Origin: an uncultured virus (IMG/VR IMGVR_UViG_3300021389_000006)
Lineage: Duplodnaviria > Heunggongvirae > Uroviricota > Caudoviricetes
IMG/VR virus record: IMGVR_UViG_3300021389_000006
Reading direction: 5' to 3' (one strand)
Length of the DNA: 63,695 nucleotides
In this document: in pieces, positions 56,974-63,695 of the stretch
Position numbering within the stretch: position 1 is the stretch's first letter
Layout: each line of letters starts with the position of its first letter
Notes under the pieces: generated by a model
The model's database searches: none
Seen by the model: only the letters and a program-made list of their open reading frames with translations
Told to the model about the DNA's origin: nothing
Program-made: the position numbers and the translations under genes

Positions 56974-58521
56974 ATGGCTTATTTTAATAATGCGTTTAAC
57001 AAGACATTTGTTGTAGATTCTGTGCAATTAGCTGCAGGGACTGCTTCAGGTGCACTTGCCGCAGGACAATTAGGTTTAGTAGATGGAGCTAACTGGGAAA
57101 CTGTATTAGTTGCTGGTGGTGGAGTTGCGGCTCCAATTACTGCTGGTCAACTTGCTTATGTAGTTGAAGGTTCTTTCTATTCTAAAGACACAATTGGTAA
57201 CAATCCTGGTCACGGTGGGTACAAAGAGTCTGTAAAATCTAAGGGTATCAACCCAAGATATATTACAAGACTATGGGCTGCAAACTGCTTTGATGCAAGT
57301 CAAGCTACTGCTAAATTATGTTTAGCATCAGATTGTGCTCCATGTGGTAAAACACAATTTATGAGAATTGACGTGAAGGGATCTCCTGCACTAAGATTCT
57401 TAAATCACAATGCATATGCAATTGCTGACTCAGCAAATGTATGTTGTATTGATGGACAAGAATATATTGACCCTGCTCTTATCTTAGGAGTAATGGCTGA
57501 CATGGCTCTTTCTGATCCATTAATCAAGCCGTTTGCTGCTGAAGGTGATGTAAATGGTCTTTTAGAAGCTGGATTAACTTTAGGTGCTGGTGCTGGTTAC
57601 AGCGTTGCTGTACATAGTACTACTGCAGTTGATGGTAATGGTGCTGCTATTACAGCTTCAAGCCGTCCAGGTTATGAACCAGCTAAGATAGAAGTATTAA
57701 CTGTATCTGGTGGTGCTGCTACAGGCCCTATTGCAACTTATGATGTTGCTCAAGCAGGTGCTGGTTACAAAGATGGTGATGTTATAACTATTGTAGATGC
57801 TGGTGCATCTGCTGATGCTACATTAACTGTTGGTGCAGGTGGACTAACTTCTGGTGGTGTTGTTGTAACTAAAACAACTGCTGCTGGAGTAGTAACTACT
57901 GAAGTATATACTATTGCACAAGCTAAAGGTGATGGTGCTGGAGCATATGTTCCTTCAACTGATCCTAATGGAGCTGTTAAAGTTTCAGCATGTGTTAATG
58001 TTGTAGGTGCTTATGTAGACACTACATTTGGTAACTGTTCATTTGACACAAGAGATCACTATAATGCAGAGCCTGTGGAAATCATTTTATCTTCTTTAGA
58101 TGAAACTGGTAACCCATGTAATGACTGTGGTGTTGCTTCAAGAACTCCTGGTTCAATGCAACAAACTCAAGGTGAAGAAGTAATTAGAGAATTAATCATG
58201 TCTGAAAGATACCGTCAGTCTCCTTATAACCAAGGAAATGCTAGCAGTGCAAGAATCAGAGAGATTGAAATGTCTGATGAGCTTTTAGCTGCGGTTGATA
58301 GAACAGCTACTTATAGAGCTTACTATATCCAACACTCTGTACCAAGATTCAATAACCCAACTGGTGTATTTGATAATGACCAGTATGTTTACAAAATTTA
58401 TGCAAAATGTTCTGATGCTGCTGACCAAGCTGCAATCAAGAAAGTTATGGAAAGTTTAGAAGCATGGGCTGGAGCAAATGGTAACAAAGTTGTTTTTGAA
58501 GATACTAATCTTTACATGTAA
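56974..58521 (+). CDS. Abundant structural protein (auxiliary capsid protein candidate)
   Basis: Own promoter core at 56872 and terminator; MCP-like codon bias; crAss-like synteny. Confidence 0.65.
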   Translation: MAYFNNAFNKTFVVDSVQLAAGTASGALAAGQLGLVDGANWETVLVAGGGVAAPITAGQLAYVVEGSFYSKDTIGNNPGHGGYKESVKSKGINPRYITRLWAANCFDASQATAKLCLASDCAPCGKTQFMRIDVKGSPALRFLNHNAYAIADSANVCCIDGQEYIDPALILGVMADMALSDPLIKPFAAEGDVNGLLEAGLTLGAGAGYSVAVHSTTAVDGNGAAITASSRPGYEPAKIEVLTVSGGAATGPIATYDVAQAGAGYKDGDVITIVDAGASADATLTVGAGGLTSGGVVVTKTTAAGVVTTEVYTIAQAKGDGAGAYVPSTDPNGAVKVSACVNVVGAYVDTTFGNCSFDTRDHYNAEPVEIILSSLDETGNPCNDCGVASRTPGSMQQTQGEEVIRELIMSERYRQSPYNQGNASSARIREIEMSDELLAAVDRTATYRAYYIQHSVPRFNNPTGVFDNDQYVYKIYAKCSDAADQAAIKKVMESLEAWAGANGNKVVFEDTNLYM

Positions 58522-58545
58522 TAAACAACAATGTTTAATTTAATT

Positions 58546-58575
58546 AGAGCAGGGGAGAAATCTCCTGCTCTTTTT
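58546..58575 (+). terminator. Intrinsic terminator
   Basis: AGAGCAGGGGA GAAA TCTCCTGCTCT followed by TTTT. Confidence 0.85.
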
Positions 58576-58595
58576 ATTTTAAATTGTCTGTAATT

Positions 58596-58617
58596 TTTTG
58601 TATATTATCTATATAGT
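58596..58617 (+). promoter_or_regulatory. Putative late promoter TTTTGTATATTATCTATATAGT
   Basis: 19/20 identity to 1731-1750. Confidence 0.65.
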
Positions 58618-58637
58618 ATAATAAAGTAAGACATAAA

Positions 58638-59213
58638 ATGGCAAAACAACATATATTAAGTTTAGAAATACCTGCAGTATCTAATTGTGAATTGTTGTGT
58701 ATAAAAGATACAAGTCAATACAATAAGGAGTTAGCTGTAGATTGTGAAGAGCTTTTAATTACGTTACCAGGATATACTGTACCAGTACTTATTAAAGTAG
58801 ATAAAGACTTTGATATGTGTTTAACTGCTTGCACCTTAGCATTACAAACAACAAATTGTGGGGTAACTCAGGAAAAAATACCTGACGGAATATACATTGT
58901 AAAATATAGTGTATCACCTAACTCTAAAGTTTATGTAGAATATAATCACTTAAGAGTAACTAGATTGCTTAATACTTATTATGAAGTATTATGTGATTTA
59001 GATGTGCAAGCTTGTCAACCTAATTCAACAAAGCAAGATCTTCTTGCAGAGATGAGTTATATTAGAACCATGATTGATGCAGCTGTATCAAATGTTGAAT
59101 ACTGTCAGTCTTCAGCACAAGGTATGCAGTTGTATAATTATGCAAAAGAAAGATTAAACAAAATAGCTTGTCCTTCAGGTGACTGTGGTTCAAGTTCTAA
59201 ATATTTAATTTAA
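58638..59213 (+). CDS. Structural protein (tail hub candidate)
   Basis: DTSQY, LLIT.PG, IPDGIY.VKYSVSP; crAss-like synteny. Confidence 0.6.
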   Translation: MAKQHILSLEIPAVSNCELLCIKDTSQYNKELAVDCEELLITLPGYTVPVLIKVDKDFDMCLTACTLALQTTNCGVTQEKIPDGIYIVKYSVSPNSKVYVEYNHLRVTRLLNTYYEVLCDLDVQACQPNSTKQDLLAEMSYIRTMIDAAVSNVEYCQSSAQGMQLYNYAKERLNKIACPSGDCGSSSKYLI

Positions 59214-59224
59214 AAACCAACAAA

Positions 59225-59404
59225 ATGGCAAATTGTGCACACTGTAATAAAAAATTTACTTGTGGATGTCAGAAGGCTAGTTTAGGAAATGGAGTGGTAG
59301 TTTGTAAACAATGTAAAGCAGCAGCTGAAGCAAATGTTGAAACATCAAGAGACTTAAATTTAGAATTAGCTAGACAACAGATACAAGATTTAAGAAGTAA
59401 ATAA
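59225..59404 (+). CDS. Small Cys-rich zinc-binding protein (59 aa)
   Basis: Manual translation MANCAHCNKKFTCGCQK...CKQCK...; AAACCAA upstream. Confidence 0.7.
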   Translation: MANCAHCNKKFTCGCQKASLGNGVVVCKQCKAAAEANVETSRDLNLELARQQIQDLRSK

Positions 59405-59406
59405 AT

Positions 59407-59949
59407 ATGGCAACAGCATTGACTGGAACATCAAATGAAGCTCAAGAAAAAGAGTTAGCTAAATTGAAGCGTATTCAAATAGAGCAAAGATTTGCTAGGC
59501 AATTTTATGCTCAGTTTAAATCATTAAAGTTTGGTATACAAGCTTGCTGTTATGAAGATTTAGAAAGTGCAACTATTAATAAAGAATTATGTGATTGGAA
59601 GAACTCTAGCAGTAGCAAAATTGTGGTAGCAACAGAAACTCCAGGAGTTTTTGTAGAACCATTAGCAACTGTTAATATAATGTCTAGCAAGACATGTCCT
59701 ACTATTCCATCTAATGTATGTACTGTAGTTGATTTAGCTAGTATTATTGCTAAAGCAGGTACATACTCTGAATGTTTTGAAATAGCTTCAGATAAATGGG
59801 TTATTACACATAATTTAGGAAGGTATCCTTCTGTAACAGTTGTAGATAATGATAATAAAGTTGTTGTAGGTGATATTAAATATGATAATACTAATACAGT
59901 TACAATAACATTTGATGCAGCTTTTACAGGTTGTGCATTTTTAAACTAA
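59407..59949 (+). CDS. Putative tail/structural protein
   Basis: C-terminal WVITHNLGRYPSVTVVD...GDIKY...NTVTITF...FTG.A.LN domain. Confidence 0.7.
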   Translation: MATALTGTSNEAQEKELAKLKRIQIEQRFARQFYAQFKSLKFGIQACCYEDLESATINKELCDWKNSSSSKIVVATETPGVFVEPLATVNIMSSKTCPTIPSNVCTVVDLASIIAKAGTYSECFEIASDKWVITHNLGRYPSVTVVDNDNKVVVGDIKYDNTNTVTITFDAAFTGCAFLN

Positions 59950-59987
59950 AGACTAAAATAATTAATTAATAAACAAAAACAAGAACA

Positions 59988-62285
59988 ATGGCAATTCAAT
60001 TTCTAACGGGGTTAAATATAGATGGAAACATTGATTTAAACTCTAATCAATTAAAAGAGGTTAGGATAGATAATGAGAGTTCAGCTCCGTCTGGATCCCT
60101 AGGAAGAATCTATTATGACACTACTTCAAGCAAGCTAAGACTTTATAATGGGTCTTGGGTTGATATAACAACAGGTACAGATGGAAACACTACCTATGAC
60201 TTAACAGCAACAGGTTCTAGTAATGGAACAGCTACAGTTAATCTTGTAGCTAGTAACCCATCTAGTACAGACAGTATTTTATTTACTGGAGCAGGTACTA
60301 CAAGTGTAACCAGATCAGGTACCACAATTACAATAACTTCTAGTGATAGTGCTTCAGGTACAGTAACTTCTGTATCAGCAGGTACTGGTATTTCAATATC
60401 AGGGAATACATCAGTAAATCCAACAGTAGCTATTGACTATGCAGGAACTGACAATGCAATCTTAGCTGCTACAGCTGCAACACCTGTTGGTGCTGATACA
60501 TTATGGTTTTCTGATGCAGGTGATAATACAATTAAAAAAGCTTTAATTTCATCAATGCCTGGATTTGGTAAAGATGGTACAGTAACTTCTGTAGGATCTG
60601 GAGCAGGTTTAACAGGTGGAACAATTACAGGCTCAGGTTCATTAGCTGTAGATTATGCAGGAACAGATAACGTTGTATTAGCTGCAGGAGATGGAACAGG
60701 TGTTACATTGGCAGATGGAGATGACTTTTTATTCTCTGATGCATCTGATAATAATGCTAAATATGCAAACTTAACTCAGTTAGCAACTTATATTAATGCA
60801 GGTGCAGGTTCTGTAACTTCTGTAGGTGTAAGTGGAGCTTCAACTGGATTATCTTTTAGTAATTCACCAATTACTAGTAGTGGTACTATGACAATGAGTG
60901 GTACTCTTATTACTACAAATGGTGGTACAGGAGTAAATAGTTACACTTCTGGTGATATGGTATTCTATAGATCAGGTACTGCTTTTACAAAATTAGGTAT
61001 TGGTTCAGCTGGACAAGTATTAAAAGTTTCAGGTGGTGTACCAGTATGGGCAGCTGATTCAAATTCAGGTGGTACTGTAACTAGTATTACATTAGCTGCA
61101 GACTCAGGAATTGGTTCAGCACTAACAACATCAGGTACATTTACATTTGATGGTGGTACAAATGTTACTACATCTGTAAGTGGTACTACAGTAACAATTA
61201 ACTCTACAGATCAATATCAAGGAACAGTTACAAGTGTAACAGCAGGAACTGGTATGACACAAAGTGGTACCTCAACTGTTAATCCAACATTAAATGTAAT
61301 TGGTGGAGATGGTATTACAGCTAATGCTAATGATATAGAAGTAGATAGTACAGTTGTTAGAACATCAGGTAATCAAACTATAGGAGGTACAAAGACATTT
61401 AGTAGTAATATAGTAGTACCAAGTGTTCCTTCTATATCAACAAATGCTGCATCTAAAAATTATGTAGATACACAGCTAGCTGGTTCAGGGGTGTTAATCT
61501 TCCAAGGAGGATATAATGCAGCAACCAACTCACCAGATCTTGATTCTTCACCAAGTGCAAGTATTAAGAAAGGTTGGTCATATGTTGTTACAGCTGACGG
61601 TTCATTCTTTACAGAGCAAGTAAGAGCAGGTGATTTCTTAATTGCTAATGTAGATGCTCCAACTGCTTTAGATGAATGGACAACTGTTCAGAGTAATATT
61701 GATTTAGCTTCAACTTCAACTCCAGGTATTGCATCATTTAGTAGTGCAAGCTTTGCAGTTAGTGCAGCTGGACAGGTTACAATTAAAACAGGTGGTGTTA
61801 GTGATGCTCAATTAGCAAGTACATTCAATAAGATTATTGGTACTGATTCAGATATTAATACTTCAGGTATTGTTGTAATTGATCAGTTAAATATGACTGA
61901 TGGTGTTATTCAATCACATAGTACAAGATCATTACCAACTACATCTCAAACAAATCTAGGTGTAGTAGAAATGGCAAATACTACTGAAGTTACTGCTGGT
62001 TCATCTACAACTTTAGCTATATCTCCTTCAACTTTGAGAGATGCTTTACAAAGAGAAGGATATACAACTAGTTTTCCATCATCTAATTCACAAACATCAT
62101 TTACTGTTGCAGCAGGTACACATAAATTAGGTACTGATCCATTAGTTGTTCAAGTATATGGAAAGGGTGGTAATCAAGTATTTATGGATACTACTGTTGA
62201 TCCTACTAGTGGAGATATAGAATTATCATGGAGTACAGCTGTAAATGCAAATGAATTTGAATTAGCTGCTCATAAAGTAAGATAA
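59988..62285 (+). CDS. Tail fibre protein
   Basis: GTVTSV repeats, VRTSGNQTIGGTKTFS, ASKNYVD, TNLGVVEMA...EV..G fibre motifs. Confidence 0.85.
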   Translation: MAIQFLTGLNIDGNIDLNSNQLKEVRIDNESSAPSGSLGRIYYDTTSSKLRLYNGSWVDITTGTDGNTTYDLTATGSSNGTATVNLVASNPSSTDSILFTGAGTTSVTRSGTTITITSSDSASGTVTSVSAGTGISISGNTSVNPTVAIDYAGTDNAILAATAATPVGADTLWFSDAGDNTIKKALISSMPGFGKDGTVTSVGSGAGLTGGTITGSGSLAVDYAGTDNVVLAAGDGTGVTLADGDDFLFSDASDNNAKYANLTQLATYINAGAGSVTSVGVSGASTGLSFSNSPITSSGTMTMSGTLITTNGGTGVNSYTSGDMVFYRSGTAFTKLGIGSAGQVLKVSGGVPVWAADSNSGGTVTSITLAADSGIGSALTTSGTFTFDGGTNVTTSVSGTTVTINSTDQYQGTVTSVTAGTGMTQSGTSTVNPTLNVIGGDGITANANDIEVDSTVVRTSGNQTIGGTKTFSSNIVVPSVPSISTNAASKNYVDTQLAGSGVLIFQGGYNAATNSPDLDSSPSASIKKGWSYVVTADGSFFTEQVRAGDFLIANVDAPTALDEWTTVQSNIDLASTSTPGIASFSSASFAVSAAGQVTIKTGGVSDAQLASTFNKIIGTDSDINTSGIVVIDQLNMTDGVIQSHSTRSLPTTSQTNLGVVEMANTTEVTAGSSTTLAISPSTLRDALQREGYTTSFPSSNSQTSFTVAAGTHKLGTDPLVVQVYGKGGNQVFMDTTVDPTSGDIELSWSTAVNANEFELAAHKVR

Positions 62286-62301
62286 TTTTGTTAATCAATA
62301 T

Positions 62302-62340
62302 AAAGGGAGTTGTGTTAATTGATGATGACCAACTCCCTTT
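62302..62340 (+). terminator. Terminator-like hairpin
   Basis: AAAGGGAGTTG/CAACTCCCTTT. Confidence 0.7.
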
Positions 62341-62376
62341 ATTATAAATTTATTATCTTAGCAAACAAAAGATTAA

Positions 62377-63695
62377 ATGGCAATAGATTTTTTAACCGGT
62401 GTAAGTGTAGATGGAAATAGTACTGTAACAGGAACTTTTTCTGTTAGTAGTATTTCTAATGATAATTCTACATACACAGGTATTATGGTATGGGACGGTG
62501 GAGTTCTAAAATATAGAACTAAAGCACAAGTCCTAGCAGATATTGGTGCTACTGGTAATTTAGGTACTGTAACTTCTGTTACTGTTCAAGGAACAACAGG
62601 CTTATCTGGTTCTGGTACTGTTACATCTAGTGGTACAATAACTCTTACTAATTCTGATAGAGGATCTTCTCAAGCTATATATAAAAATATTGCTACACAA
62701 AGTGGTACTGCTACAGCAAATAGTAATAATGATACATTAACTATTACTGGAGCAGGAGGCACCACCACATCAAGAAGTGGTGATACTATTACAATTACTT
62801 CTTCAGATAATAATGACAACTATTATGTTACAGGATTAAGTTTTAATACTAGTAATGGTATTTTAACAGCAAGTAGAAATGGAGGACTATCATCTTTAAC
62901 TGTAGATTTAGATGGTAGATATGCTGAAGGTACTGGTGCAAATACTAGAGTAGCATTTTGGACAGGTACTAATTCTATATCAAGTGATTCTGCATTAGTA
63001 TGGAATAGTAGTAGTAATTATTTGGGTGTAAATAAAACACCATCTACACATGTAGATGTTAGTGGTAATGTTAGAGTAGATGGTTTAGATCACTTTTTGT
63101 ATACAACTAAGACAAATGATATATATTCATTTGGATCTTCTACACAAACAATGGCCAATCCACCTAATGCATATTTATGGCATGATTTATTTGCATTTGA
63201 ATATAATTACACAGTAACACAAGAAACTTATAATGGTAGTACATGGTCTAGTGCTACAGTACAAAATGCATTATTTGCTCAGAAAGAAGATCAATCAGTA
63301 GAAGTTATTAGTAGCAGTAATACAGCTGTTAGATGGACATTTACTGGTACAGCATGGGGTAGTGCATTATTTTTAAATGCTGCCTTTACATATAGTGCTA
63401 ATGATATTACAAAAGAAATAACTGTTGAATCATCAACAAATAATAGTACATGGACTACTAGATTTTCTGGTACAGCCAGTGCAGGTACATCAACTAAAAC
63501 TTGTAACCTGACAAGTTATGGAGGAGATAACTATATCAGAGTAACTATACAGAAAGGAACATCTAGTTCAAATTCTGTGAGAATGTCTCAAATTAGATTG
63601 ATGACATTAAGAGCAGGTGATCAAGGTCAAGGTAGAGAATATGAATTACCTATAACTTGGGATGCAGATAGAAATATAGGAATCAATAAAACTCC
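62377..63695 (+). CDS. Tail fibre protein, partial (runs off window edge)
   Basis: Manual translation MAIDFLTGVSVDGNS...YRTKAQVLADIG...GTVTSV...VDLDGRY; N-terminus resembles 59988 (MAIQFLTG). Confidence 0.85.
   Translation, partial: MAIDFLTGVSVDGNSTVTGTFSVSSISNDNSTYTGIMVWDGGVLKYRTKAQVLADIGATGNLGTVTSVTVQGTTGLSGSGTVTSSGTITLTNSDRGSSQAIYKNIATQSGTATANSNNDTLTITGAGGTTTSRSGDTITITSSDNNDNYYVTGLSFNTSNGILTASRNGGLSSLTVDLDGRYAEGTGANTRVAFWTGTNSISSDSALVWNSSSNYLGVNKTPSTHVDVSGNVRVDGLDHFLYTTKTNDIYSFGSSTQTMANPPNAYLWHDLFAFEYNYTVTQETYNGSTWSSATVQNALFAQKEDQSVEVISSSNTAVRWTFTGTAWGSALFLNAAFTYSANDITKEITVESSTNNSTWTTRFSGTASAGTSTKTCNLTSYGGDNYIRVTIQKGTSSSNSVRMSQIRLMTLRAGDQGQGREYELPITWDADRNIGINKT

Noticed and set aside
1..63695. 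Stop-codon reassignment as in some crAss-like phages
   Set aside because: Long genes are intact in code 11; TAG and TGA both end genes at tight junctions; no suppressor tRNA seen.
1..63695. Prophage or host chromosomal DNA
   Set aside because: No integrase, att site or bacterial housekeeping operon; nrdAB, ung and groES sit within phage operons.

Overview
This AT-rich window is a large part of a crAss-like (Crassvirales/phi14:2-related) tailed phage genome. The host is most likely an aquatic Bacteroidota/Flavobacteriia species, judged from TAnnTTTG promoters and the absence of Shine-Dalgarno sequences. Layout: (1) nrdB-nrdA on the minus strand (1-1310). (2) A plus-strand block (1770-13888) with small Lys/Arg-rich proteins, a holin, three large fibre-like proteins, putative decoration proteins and a SET-domain methyltransferase. 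(3) A long minus-strand early/replication arm (39969 down to 13881) with three tRNAs, SF2 helicase, UDG, DnaA-C-like HTH, DnaB, Sak4-like ATPase, primase, resolvase, a vWA-metallopeptidase/MoxR module, PD-(D/E)XK nuclease, family B DNA polymerase, spore photoproduct lyase-like radical SAM enzyme and dATP/dGTP diphosphohydrolase. (4) A plus-strand late arm (40207 to the end) with basic proteins, endolysin, IHF-like protein, nuclease, GroES, terminase, portal, scaffold, major capsid, ring and auxiliary capsid proteins, and tail fibres. Best candidates for undescribed biology: a SET methyltransferase co-located with histone-like basic proteins; a five-gene MoxR/vWA module with three paralogous partner proteins; a ~60-aa N-terminal docking domain shared by four virion-type proteins; a CGTTAGCTATAT element about 81 bp upstream of two promoters; and a structured RNA displaying the phage's AAACCAA pre-start motif. 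All family calls come from motif recognition by eye; no database searches were run.
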